A stretch of DNA of 50,722 nt from Candidatus Moraniibacteriota bacterium. Its GTDB lineage: Bacteria; Patescibacteriota; Minisyncoccia; Moranbacterales; UBA2206. Below are positions 1 through 8,454 of the stretch, in pieces. A program made the translations under genes and the position numbers. Numbering within the stretch: the stretch's first letter is position 1; every line of letters begins with the position of its first letter. The notes below the pieces were generated by a model that worked only from the letters and a program-made list of their open reading frames with translations, was not told the origin of the DNA and did not search any database. The stretch lies in the NCBI GenBank assembly GCA_030645735.1, contig JAUSNP010000004.1, positions 76,739-127,460 of the forward strand, in the 5' to 3' direction.

Positions 1-762
1 GATAGAGGAAAAAACCGCTCGCCCTGCCAAGGATGCCTTGATTGCATATTCAGCTGTTTCTGCATCACGAATTTCACCAATCATAACAACATCTGGATCC
101 TGTCTAAGAATCGACTTCATACCTACGGCAAATGTAAACCCCACTTCCGGACGTATTTGGCATTGTTGCATATTGTCAAAACCAAACTCCACAGGATCTT
201 CCAATGTAATTATCTTGCGATCATTATTGGTTCCTACATTATTGAGTATTGAATAGAGCGTGGTTGTTTTCCCAGAACCTACTGGACCTGTTGTTAAAAA
301 CATACCATAACTCCTCATCGCCATTCTCTTCAATTTATTGATATTCTCTTCGGACATGCCCAAATCACTTACAGACAAAAGCATTTCTGATTTATTAAGA
401 ATTCTCAATACAACATTTACACCCCTAGCTGTTGGAAAAAATGAGGATCTGACATCAAAAGATCTGGTCACATTATTATTGTCCATCGTTTCGTGAGAAA
501 AATGGCCTTCTTCTGGAACAACTATGCGCCCAGAATCAAGATTACATACAATCAGAAGTGAATTTACAATGTAATCATGATCTTCAATGGGAAAATCATA
601 AATATCCTGCAATATACCATCAATTCTAAATCTTATCTTACCGCCATTTCCTTCTCGTTCAATATGTATGTCTGAAGCGCCTGCCTGATCTGCCTCTTCA
701 ATAACTTTGAATATAAAACTGCTCGCCGAGAGATTGTCATCTTTAATTTCAATGTTTTTCAT
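1..762 (-). CDS. PilB/GspE-family secretion ATPase, 3'-truncated by the window edge
   Basis: Read manually (not in the ORF track): MKNIEIKDDNLS...ASDIHIE...RFRIDGILQD...Walker A GPVGSGKTT, LEDPVE, LRQDPDVVMIGEIRD. Confidence 0.9.
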   Translation of the reverse strand, partial: MKNIEIKDDNLSASSFIFKVIEEADQAGASDIHIEREGNGGKIRFRIDGILQDIYDFPIEDHDYIVNSLLIVCNLDSGRIVVPEEGHFSHETMDNNNVTRSFDVRSSFFPTARGVNVVLRILNKSEMLLSVSDLGMSEENINKLKRMAMRSYGMFLTTGPVGSGKTTTLYSILNNVGTNNDRKIITLEDPVEFGFDNMQQCQIRPEVGFTFAVGMKSILRQDPDVVMIGEIRDAETAEYAIKASLAGRAVFSSI

Positions 763-864
763 TTTTTATTTTAGTTTTAATATCTAAAATGACCCACGCG
801 GAATCATCGCTAATTTATTACTTAAATTATAACATATTTTATAAAAAGAAACTACCCAAAAAAG

Positions 865-873
865 TTATCCACA
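865..873 (+). promoter_or_regulatory. Single consensus DnaA box
   Basis: TTATCCACA between the divergent ATPase and comF genes. Confidence 0.4.
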
Positions 874-920
874 TCTGCTTTAAATAGGCAGTTGTCCATA
901 TTTTTCCAAAACCTTCAGAT

Positions 921-949
921 TTGACATGGCACTTTTTTAAAAATAAACT
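921..949 (+). promoter_or_regulatory. sigma70-type promoter for comF
   Basis: TTGACA-17 nt-TAAACT. Confidence 0.65.
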
Positions 950-1035
950 GAAGGAGTCGAGTTTAAGTCAAAATATTCTACAAAATTCAACTAAACAGCT
1001 TCGCAAACAACCTTCTAGCACTAAACTAGTTATTT

Positions 1036-1797
1036 ATGTTAAAAATATTTACTAAAACAAAAATCTTCATCCTCGACACCCTTTTCCCCATCTCCTGCCT
1101 CTCCTGCAACAAAGATGATGCTTGGCTGTGTGAAAATTGTCTAGAAAACATCAACCTTTTATCTTTTCAAGTTTGTCCGAAATGCGAAGACACTGTCACT
1201 GAATATGGCCAATTGTGCCGAAATTGCAAAACAACTTCTGATTTGGATGCGCTAGTGGTGGCGCTGAAATATCAAGACAATCACATCGACAAGTTTGTAC
1301 ACCTCTACAAATATCGCTTCGTGGAAGATTTGCATATTCCTTTGGGCAAAATTATAGTCGAAGCTATTTTGAATTCGGGCTTGCCCATGCCTGACATCAT
1401 CATTCCCGTGCCACTCCACAAACGCCGCCTGCGCTGGCGTGGTTTCAACCAGTCCGAACTCTTGGCCAAGTATGTTAGCCAAAATCTGACACCGGGTTTT
1501 GAAATCCCAGTTTTTTCAAACCTACTCACTCGCCACAAATACACTCCACCCCAAATGAAAATTGGCAAATATGCCGACCGCCAGAAAAATATGCGCAATG
1601 CTTTCGCCTTCAATCACAAATCTGATAGTTTTCAACAACTAGAACAGCTAGAACATTCCAACAAATATAACGTTTTATTAGTTGATGACATCAGCACCAC
1701 CGGCTCCACCCTCTTTGAATGCGCCAAAGTCTTGAAACAAAACGGCGCCAAAAAAGTTTTTGGCGCTGTTATTGCAAGGCAAGATATGAAAAACTAA
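1036..1797 (+). CDS. comF: ComF family competence protein (double zinc ribbon + phosphoribosyltransferase fold)
   Basis: Four CxxC pairs, PVPLH..R...RGFNQSELLA, LLVDDISTTGSTL. Confidence 0.93.
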   Translation: MLKIFTKTKIFILDTLFPISCLSCNKDDAWLCENCLENINLLSFQVCPKCEDTVTEYGQLCRNCKTTSDLDALVVALKYQDNHIDKFVHLYKYRFVEDLHIPLGKIIVEAILNSGLPMPDIIIPVPLHKRRLRWRGFNQSELLAKYVSQNLTPGFEIPVFSNLLTRHKYTPPQMKIGKYADRQKNMRNAFAFNHKSDSFQQLEQLEHSNKYNVLLVDDISTTGSTLFECAKVLKQNGAKKVFGAVIARQDMKN

Positions 1798-2216
1798 AAA
1801 ATGTTTCTAAATTCTTCGACCAACACTTTTGCATCAGCATCAGACATGAATCTTTTTTCATCTGAACTGTTACGAAAGATGTGTGTTTCGACGATGCCAT
1901 CGTCCGCATATCTGGGCATAATGTGAAAATGCATGTGCGGAACTGTTCGGCCTGACAGCTCCCCCTCGTTGAAACCATAATTAAAACCAGCGGGTTGTAA
2001 ATAGGTAGTGAGTTTTTCCGAAACCATTTTGACGGTCTGCATCAAGCTAGCCAATTCAGCCTCATTCAATTCTCGCACGCCTGCCACATGTCTTTTTGGC
2101 ACCACTAAACACTGCCCTTTGGTTCGCGGGCCAAGATTGTAGAAAACAAATTCATTTTCAGTTTCTGCGATCTTTTGTTTAGCAATGATTTCCGGGTTAC
2201 AAAATGGACAAGACAT
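1794..2216 (-). CDS. HIT family nucleotide hydrolase
   Basis: N-terminal CPFC, LVVPKRH, HMHFH triad. Confidence 0.92.
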   Translation of the reverse strand: MSCPFCNPEIIAKQKIAETENEFVFYNLGPRTKGQCLVVPKRHVAGVRELNEAELASLMQTVKMVSEKLTTYLQPAGFNYGFNEGELSGRTVPHMHFHIMPRYADDGIVETHIFRNSSDEKRFMSDADAKVLVEEFRNIF

Positions 2217-2249
2217 ATTTTTATACTAAAAAATTATTATTATGTCAGA

Positions 2250-3458
2250 CTAGGACATTTGGGAAACTTCCTCTAATGAAACCTCGTCTGTTCCTATTAT
2301 TTTATCATTACAACAAAATTTCATAACCACAAAAGCTATCAATAGCATCACCGAGCTAACTACAAATGGCAAGAAATTCTTAACCTCAAAAATTATTCCA
2401 GCAATTATCGGCCCGCCAATATTGGCCAACGCCGTGATGGAAGACATCACGCCACTGATCTCACCGCGTCGCTCAACGCCAGCTAGGCCAGCTACGCGAC
2501 TAGAAATAACAATGCGCAAAACCGAGCGCGACAGCAAGTTTATCAAAATTCCCACCGCAAACAAAAACAATGATTGCGTGGCTAGTAATATAAATCCAAT
2601 TGCATAAACAAGAAAGAGCCAGGTTTCTAAACTGGATTCTTGAAATTTTTTGAGCCAAAACTTTTTCAACAATACGGCCTGATTGATCACCATCAAAATT
2701 CCCATAATCGTGAACATAGTCCCCGTTGCCTGCGCATCAAAACCAAATACATCGTGCATATACAGCGCTATGACCGCCTGCATACCCGCAATGGCCAAGC
2801 CAAACAAAAACCAAGCCACAAATCGCGAATGCAAAATTTTCATTTTGAAAGCGCTGACCAACGGTTTGAAGGGATTGATGCTGATTTTTTTAGCTTTATT
2901 TTTATGCCGATTAGTTTCTGGCAAAAATATCCAAGCGCCAATTGCATTGAACGTGGCCAAAGCGCCCACCACATAGAATGGCAAGGTGTGCGAAAAAACA
3001 CTCAAGGCTGCACCAATAGCTGGGCCAACAATAAACCCCACACCGAAAACAGTTCCAATGAGTCCAAAATTGGCTGTGCGTTCTTTTTCATCTTTAGCAA
3101 TGTCTACCAAATAACTTTCCGCCACTGGCAAATTGCCCGCCGCCATACCATCAATGATGCGTCCCAAAAACAACACCCACACCGCATTGGCCGAAGCAAA
3201 AACCAACCAACCAAGAGCCGTACTGACAATACTCAAGATCAAAACTGGCCGTCGTCCAATCTTGTCGGAAAGCGCGCCCAACATTGGAGCACTGATAAAT
3301 GAAAACAAAGAAAAAACCGAAAACAACAATGTCAACACAAAAGTTGACACGCCGAAACTCTCTACATAATATGGCAGAATCGGAATCACAATTCCAATCC
3401 CCAACACATCAATAAAAACAGTTGTAGCAATAATGATTTTTTCTTTTTGCATTTTCAT
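2250..3458 (-). CDS. MFS transporter, TetA/DHA1-like
   Basis: About 12 TM segments, motif A GALSDKIGRRPV, GFIVGPAIG. Confidence 0.92.
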   Translation of the reverse strand: MKMQKEKIIIATTVFIDVLGIGIVIPILPYYVESFGVSTFVLTLLFSVFSLFSFISAPMLGALSDKIGRRPVLILSIVSTALGWLVFASANAVWVLFLGRIIDGMAAGNLPVAESYLVDIAKDEKERTANFGLIGTVFGVGFIVGPAIGAALSVFSHTLPFYVVGALATFNAIGAWIFLPETNRHKNKAKKISINPFKPLVSAFKMKILHSRFVAWFLFGLAIAGMQAVIALYMHDVFGFDAQATGTMFTIMGILMVINQAVLLKKFWLKKFQESSLETWLFLVYAIGFILLATQSLFLFAVGILINLLSRSVLRIVISSRVAGLAGVERRGEISGVMSSITALANIGGPIIAGIIFEVKNFLPFVVSSVMLLIAFVVMKFCCNDKIIGTDEVSLEEVSQMS

Positions 3459-3482
3459 ATTTTTATATTATACTCCCAAAAC

Positions 3483-3507
3483 AAAAACAGCTCAAGAAGC
3501 TGTTTTT
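3483..3507. terminator. Intrinsic terminator downstream of tRNA-Ser(GCU)
   Basis: AAAAACAGCT-loop-AGCTGTTTTT. Confidence 0.6.
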
Positions 3508-3516
3508 GCCTATTTT

Positions 3517-3604
3517 TGGAGGAGAGAGAGGGATTCGAACCCTCGGACCCTTACGAGTCAACACGTTAGCAGTGTGCCCCTTTCGGCCACTCAGGCATCT
3601 CTCC
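3517..3604 (-). tRNA. tRNA-Ser(GCU), CCA encoded
   Basis: GGAGAGA/TCTCTCC acceptor, anticodon loop CT-GCT-AA, long variable arm, GGTTCGAATCC. Confidence 0.95.
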
Positions 3605-3667
3605 CTCGGCCGGATTATGCATATCCGAACGCTAATTTAGAATACCAGACCTACGGCATTTTATCAA

Positions 3668-3695
3668 GTAGAGACGCATTGCAATGCGTCTCTAC
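3668..3695. repeat. GTAG-type REP palindrome
   Basis: GTAGAGACGCATTGCAATGCGTCTCTAC; related copies at 17631, 34276, 34829. Confidence 0.85.
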
Positions 3696-3708
3696 TGCAT
3701 TTTTCAGC

Positions 3709-3737
3709 TTGACTTCTAGCTTTCTTCGTGCTATCAT
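3709..3737 (+). promoter_or_regulatory. sigma70-type promoter with extended -10
   Basis: TTGACT-17 nt-TATCAT, TG just upstream of the -10. Confidence 0.7.
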
Positions 3738-3857
3738 CATTCTAGATGTGATTTCGAAATTAAGTTTTATTTATATAAAAACTTAGATAAGCTCGGAAAG
3801 TAGAGTCACCATAATATCCCGCTTAGCGGGGCTAGAAAGGCAGGTGACTACTACAAT

Positions 3858-4103
3858 ATGGCTTATCAAGATCAAGGAGCACGCCCACAAAGACAAATGT
3901 TTGATATTACTTCAATGAATATCGTATGTTCAGGATGTGGAGCTGCTATCAACGAACTACCATTCGAACCAACAAAAAAGGCTGACGGAACTTTCGGAGA
4001 CCTTTTCTGTTACGAATGTAACAAAAAAAGAAACGCTGACAAACCCCGAAGAGGTGGATTTGGCGGAGGCAACGGAGGATTCGGAGGAGGGAGAAGATTC
4101 TAA
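3858..4103 (+). CDS. Small zinc-ribbon protein (CxxC-x17-CxxC-like) with Gly/Arg-rich tail, probably nucleic-acid binding
   Basis: RQMF...CSGCG...LPFEP...CYEC and RRGGFGGG tail. Confidence 0.85.
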   Translation: MAYQDQGARPQRQMFDITSMNIVCSGCGAAINELPFEPTKKADGTFGDLFCYECNKKRNADKPRRGGFGGGNGGFGGGRRF

Positions 4104-4120
4104 CTTTGAATTTCGACAAC

Positions 4121-4153
4121 AAAAAACGACCCAAGAAATTGAGGTCGTTTTTT
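4121..4153. terminator. Bidirectional intrinsic terminator
   Basis: AAAAAACGACC...GGTCGTTTTTT between convergent genes. Confidence 0.65.
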
Positions 4154-4176
4154 GTTATGCAAAAGTTACTATAATG

Positions 4177-4249
4177 TGCGCTTAGGAGGAATCGAACCGC
4201 CGACCTTCTGGACCGCAACCAGACGCTCTATCCACTGAGCTATAAGCGC
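4177..4249 (-). tRNA. tRNA-Arg(GCG)
   Basis: GCGCTTA/TAAGCGC acceptor, TCTGG-TT-GCG-GT-CCAGA anticodon arm, GGATA in D-loop. Confidence 0.92.
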
Positions 4250-4263
4250 ATTGAATAAGCTTA

Positions 4264-4875
4264 CTATATTCTCAGAAATCTTTCAAGTGTGTCCACAAAA
4301 TTGTGACTTTGTTTCATTTCGTGCAGATTTATCAACAAGGCCTCACGGATTTTGACTGGATCTTGATCATGAATCGGAATGTGGATATAGGGCAGCATTC
4401 CGCCGTTCATATGCAAACTGATCACTTTCTGACCTTCCGGTTCATAGAAAATCCAGAAAGATTTGATGTTCTCATATTCAAAAATTTCACTACCCGCTAC
4501 CACGCCATCATGTGTCACCATAAAATCCAAAGTGCGCGGTGCTTTTTCAATATAAATGTAACCCACCACGCCAATCAAAACAAAGGTGATGGCCATAATC
4601 AAACTATTATCATAAATTGCATAACCAATAATGGCTACCAAAACCAAACCGATATAGGTCATCCATTTTTGATCTTGTTCATAAACCTCAAACTCCGGCG
4701 CCTGCCAATGCGCCAAAACATCCGCTGAATGTTCAGAAATCAATTTTTCATGCGCTTCTTCCGGCTCTGGCAAATCTTTCATTTCCGGATTGCCTTGCAG
4801 AAAAAGATTTTTCAAGCGATTGTCAACTTGATTTTCGCTATTTTTTCTAAATCCGTCTAGACTCATATTATTCAA
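4264..4875 (-). CDS. Hypothetical membrane protein (two TM helices then a small soluble domain); start uncertain
   Basis: 203-aa ORF with WQAPEF, two hydrophobic helices, IKSFWIFYEP. Confidence 0.75.
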   Translation of the reverse strand: MNNMSLDGFRKNSENQVDNRLKNLFLQGNPEMKDLPEPEEAHEKLISEHSADVLAHWQAPEFEVYEQDQKWMTYIGLVLVAIIGYAIYDNSLIMAITFVLIGVVGYIYIEKAPRTLDFMVTHDGVVAGSEIFEYENIKSFWIFYEPEGQKVISLHMNGGMLPYIHIPIHDQDPVKIREALLINLHEMKQSHNFVDTLERFLRI

Positions 4876-4914
4876 AGATTAAAAATATTTATTTCTTGAG
4901 TTTATAGTACCATA

Positions 4915-4943
4915 TTTACAAACTTATTCATAGATGTTACTAT
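4915..4943 (+). promoter_or_regulatory. sigma70-type promoter for the tRNA-Ser locus
   Basis: TTTACA-17 nt-TACTAT with extended TG. Confidence 0.55.
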
Positions 4944-4967
4944 AGTTTGGTAATTTAAAACCTGTTT

Positions 4968-5020
4968 GGAAGAGTGGCCGAGTCCTGCCTGCCGGCAGGC
5001 AGGGGTTGAAGGCGACAGTC
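4968..5020 (+). pseudogene. 5' fragment of a tRNA-Ser gene interrupted by a 20-bp palindrome
   Basis: GGAAGAGTGGCCGAGT[CCTGCCTGCCGGCAGGCAGG]GGTTGAAGGCGACAGTC aligns with the 5' part of the adjacent tRNA-Ser; no T-arm or 3' acceptor strand follows. Confidence 0.8.
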
Positions 5021-5041
5021 GCTTGTTGCAAATTTAATATT

Positions 5042-5128
5042 GGAAGAGTGCCCGAGTGGTTTAAGGGAACAGTCTTGAAAACTGTCGTGGGTTAAAGCTC
5101 ACCGAGAGTTCGAATCTCTCCTCTTCCT
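5042..5128 (+). tRNA. tRNA-Ser(UGA)
   Basis: GGAAGAG/CTCTTCC acceptor, ACAGT-CT-TGA-AA-ACTGT, long variable arm. Confidence 0.95.
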
Positions 5129-5133
5129 CAATG

Positions 5134-5164
5134 AAAAACAGCCCCATCATTAGGGGCTGTTTTT
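5134..5164. terminator. Bidirectional intrinsic terminator
   Basis: AAAAACAGCCCC...GGGGCTGTTTTT. Confidence 0.7.
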
Positions 5165-5179
5165 ATATTCAAAAATTTT

Positions 5180-6004
5180 TTAGTATTTTTTATAATAATC
5201 TGCAAACAACTCCATCACCACCTGCGTATTTTTGCCAACCTTGCCATTCCCAACCTTTTTGCCATCAATCCGCACCACTGGCACGACATTTTTGTTGGCA
5301 CCGGTCAAGAAGACTTCGTCAGCCGCGCGGAATTCCTTTTCGGTCATTTCCCGCTCTTCAACTTTGAATTTTTTCTTGGCCAGTTTGACTACCAAATTTC
5401 TGGTGGTGCCCAACAGAACACCGTCTTTAGCCGTCACCAAAACATTGTTTTTGAAAATGAAAATGTTGCTCGTGGAATTTTCCAAAACTTTGCCCTCTTT
5501 GATATAGGTGATTTCCAAATCATCTTTGCGTTTCTTGATGTGCTGATTGCGAATCGCTTCTAAATAATTAGTAGTTTTGACTCTCGGCAGATGTCGTCCA
5601 AATTCCAAAGTCACCACGCCCACGCCATTTTCATAACAAACTTTGGGCAAAGCCACAAATTTTTCAATCAAAATGTAACACGTCGGTTTGCCTGGCAAAA
5701 AAGCATTGGCACTCACCCCACCGGTCAGCACGGTGCGGATGGTGGATTTGGCAAAACCATTGGCTTTCAGCAACTTTTTCAAAATTTCGGCAAATTCATT
5801 TTTGGAAAATGGCATGGGCAATTTCAACTCTTGCGCAAACTTTTTCAAACGCGCAAAGTGCTCATCAAACAAAAATGGTTTGCCGTTGCTAGTACACATC
5901 ACATCAAACACGCCATAGCCCCGCAAAGTCCCAATGTCATAGGGATTGGTTTTGATTTGATCAGGCTTACAAATTTTTCCATTGAAATACGCTAATTTAG
6001 CCAT
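5180..6004 (-). CDS. Aminotransferase class IV (D-amino-acid / branched-chain aminotransferase family)
   Basis: GYGVFD, HFARL, VKTTNY (PLP lysine), ENSTSNIF, LLGTTR, ADEVFLT. Confidence 0.9.
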   Translation of the reverse strand: MAKLAYFNGKICKPDQIKTNPYDIGTLRGYGVFDVMCTSNGKPFLFDEHFARLKKFAQELKLPMPFSKNEFAEILKKLLKANGFAKSTIRTVLTGGVSANAFLPGKPTCYILIEKFVALPKVCYENGVGVVTLEFGRHLPRVKTTNYLEAIRNQHIKKRKDDLEITYIKEGKVLENSTSNIFIFKNNVLVTAKDGVLLGTTRNLVVKLAKKKFKVEEREMTEKEFRAADEVFLTGANKNVVPVVRIDGKKVGNGKVGKNTQVVMELFADYYKKY

Positions 6005-6086
6005 ATAAATTCTATTAATACTTAGCTTCCATATTATATACCAGCTGCAACTAGATACAAAATACCAAATACTATATACTCAAGAT

Positions 6087-8351
6087 ATGTCAACTCTGCA
6101 AACCCAACTCAAAAACATCCCCAAAATCCTGCCGAAATATGCCAAGATTTTGGAAAAAATGGAACTCCACAGCGTGGAGGATCTTTTACTGAACTTTCCT
6201 TTCCGTTATGATGATTTTTCGCAGGCTTCTCCAATTTCCCCAGAATATATCAATCAAACAGTCACTATCGAAGGCATGGTCACCAAGAGCAAATTGGCGC
6301 GCGTTTTTCGACGCAAGATGACTATTGCCGAAATCACCGTCGAAGACTCTTCTGGCAATTCACTCAAAGCGGTGTGGTTCAATCAGCCATTCATTCTGGA
6401 AAGTTTGAAGGAAGGCACGCCAGTGCGTTTGAGCGGCAAGCTCACCTTGAAAGGCAAAGTCTTGCAAATGAGCAACCCAGCTTGGGAGCGCGCTGGTCGT
6501 GAAACCACCAACACGGGTTGCCTTGTGCCGGTCTACAACGAAACTCGCGGACTCACTTCCAAATGGTTGCGCTGGCAAATCAAACCGCTTTTGGCAATTG
6601 CCCAACAAATGGAAGATGTGGTGCCCTATGAAATTCGCCAACGCTTGAATCTATATGACATCTACACCGCCCTAACCCAGATTCACTTTCCCGACTCCAA
6701 AGAAAAACTTTTGCGCGCGCAAAAAAGATTCGCTTTTCAAGAAATGTTTTTGGTACAACTCAAAACTTTGCAAATCAAGTCGCTTTGGGAAGGCAATGCT
6801 TCTGTGCCAATCGCTTTTGATGAAAAATTGATTCAAAATTTTGTCAGTGGTCTGCCATTCAAATTGACCAACGCCCAACGCAAAGCTTCTTTTGAAATTC
6901 TCAAAGACCTGGAAAAACCCGCCCCCATGAATCGCCTGCTCAATGGGGATGTGGGAAGTGGCAAAACGATGGTAGCCGCCATCGCTTCCCTGCAAGCCAT
7001 GCAAGCTGGTTTTCAAGTGGTTATTATGGCACCGACGGAGGTTTTGGCGAAACAGCATTTTGAGAGTTTTAATAAAATTTTTGAGAAGTATGATTTTAAT
7101 ATTGCTTTGTTGACGAATTCGTATAAGTTAGTCAGCAGTCACCAGTCAACAGTCAACGGAAATGATAAGGTAGTCATCAGTCAATGGTCAACAGTCATTA
7201 AGAATGCTACGGCCGTCATCAGTCAACAGTCAACGGTCAACAACTGCAACGCCAAAGATGACAGATTACCGATGACCGATGACGTAATATTAAAACGCGA
7301 TGTTCTACTTAATAAAATACAATCTGGTGAAATAAATCTAGTCATTGGAACTCACGCCATCATCCAAAAAGATGTGGCCTTCAAAAATCTAGCGCTAATA
7401 ATTATTGACGAGCAACACCGCTTCGGCGTCGCGCAACGCGCTTTCCTCCAACAGGAAACCATGAGTGCCAATGACCCCGTAAAGTCCGCGACGGGCCACG
7501 GGGCAAGTGGCCAGAAGAAAACAATCCCCCATTTGCTGACCATGACGGCTACGCCTATCCCAAGAACTTTGGCCATCGCCATGTTTGGCAGTTTGGAACT
7601 TTCCATTCTGGATGAAATGCCAAAAAACCGCAAAGAAATTGTGACCAAAATCATTCCCGCCACCATTCGCCAAGAAGCCTATGATTTCATCCGCCAACAA
7701 GTGCACGAGGGTCGCCAAGTTTTTGTCATTTTGCCACTGGTAGAAGATTCAAAAGTTTTGACCGAAATCAAAGCCGCCACTTCAGAGCACCAAAGATTGT
7801 CCAGCGAAATTTTTCCTGATTTGCGTTTGGGACTTTTGCATGGCAAACTCAAATCCAAAGACAAAGAAGATGTGATGCAAAAATTCAAAGATCGCGAATT
7901 CGACATTTTGGTTTCCACTTCGGTGGTGGAAGTGGGCATCGACATTCCCAATGCCTCCGTGATTGTCATTGAAGACGCTGATCGTTTTGGATTGTCGCAA
8001 CTGCACCAATTCCGTGGACGCGTCGGTCGTGGCGAGCATCAATCCTATTGTTTTCTCTTCACCAATTCCAACACTGACAAAGCCACTGAAAGATTGCAAG
8101 CTATGGAAGACAGCAACGATGGTTTTGAAATTTCGCAAAAAGATTTGGAACTGCGTGGCCCAGGCCAATTCTTCGGCCTCGTCCAATCCGGCCTACCCGA
8201 CATTGCCATGGAGCATCTTTCAAATATAAAACTAATAAAATTCGCCCGCGCCGAAGCGCAAAATATTTTATCTTCCGACCCCGACCTAAAAAAGCACCCG
8301 CTCCTCGCGAGTGCCTTGCAAAAATTTCAAGAGAAGATTCATTTGGAATAG
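6087..8351 (+). CDS. recG: ATP-dependent DNA helicase RecG, with two repeat-derived insertions
   Basis: Wedge domain, RLLNGDVGSGKT, DEQHRFG, MTATPIPRTL, QLHQFRGRVGR. Confidence 0.97.
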   Translation: MSTLQTQLKNIPKILPKYAKILEKMELHSVEDLLLNFPFRYDDFSQASPISPEYINQTVTIEGMVTKSKLARVFRRKMTIAEITVEDSSGNSLKAVWFNQPFILESLKEGTPVRLSGKLTLKGKVLQMSNPAWERAGRETTNTGCLVPVYNETRGLTSKWLRWQIKPLLAIAQQMEDVVPYEIRQRLNLYDIYTALTQIHFPDSKEKLLRAQKRFAFQEMFLVQLKTLQIKSLWEGNASVPIAFDEKLIQNFVSGLPFKLTNAQRKASFEILKDLEKPAPMNRLLNGDVGSGKTMVAAIASLQAMQAGFQVVIMAPTEVLAKQHFESFNKIFEKYDFNIALLTNSYKLVSSHQSTVNGNDKVVISQWSTVIKNATAVISQQSTVNNCNAKDDRLPMTDDVILKRDVLLNKIQSGEINLVIGTHAIIQKDVAFKNLALIIIDEQHRFGVAQRAFLQQETMSANDPVKSATGHGASGQKKTIPHLLTMTATPIPRTLAIAMFGSLELSILDEMPKNRKEIVTKIIPATIRQEAYDFIRQQVHEGRQVFVILPLVEDSKVLTEIKAATSEHQRLSSEIFPDLRLGLLHGKLKSKDKEDVMQKFKDREFDILVSTSVVEVGIDIPNASVIVIEDADRFGLSQLHQFRGRVGRGEHQSYCFLFTNSNTDKATERLQAMEDSNDGFEISQKDLELRGPGQFFGLVQSGLPDIAMEHLSNIKLIKFARAEAQNILSSDPDLKKHPLLASALQKFQEKIHLE
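7129..7285. repeat. Degenerate 7-bp tandem array inside recG
   Basis: AGTCAGC/AGTCACC/AGTCAAC units followed by reverse-oriented GATGACC units. Confidence 0.8.
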
Positions 8352-8356
8352 CTCCA

Positions 8357-8454
8357 AACATATTAGCACGTTAACATATTAACATTTGAAAAAAACAAAA
8401 AAAGCGCTGATTAATTTCAGCGCTTTTTGCTAACATGCTAACGTGTTTATGTGC
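8357..8454. terminator. Bidirectional terminator flanked by inverted 8-bp tandem arrays
   Basis: AAAAAGCGCTGA...TCAGCGCTTTTT; AACATATT/AGCACGTT units on the left, TGCTAACA/TGCTAACG on the right. Confidence 0.7.

Noticed and set aside
865..873. DnaA boxes (865; near-match at 50194) as a replication origin
   Set aside because: Isolated single boxes, no cluster, and no dnaA or dnaN nearby.
4968..5128. tRNA fragment as a prophage or island att site, or a split/intron-containing tRNA
   Set aside because: No integrase or cargo between the copies, the fragment differs from the intact gene, and no 3' half or intron core is visible in the window.
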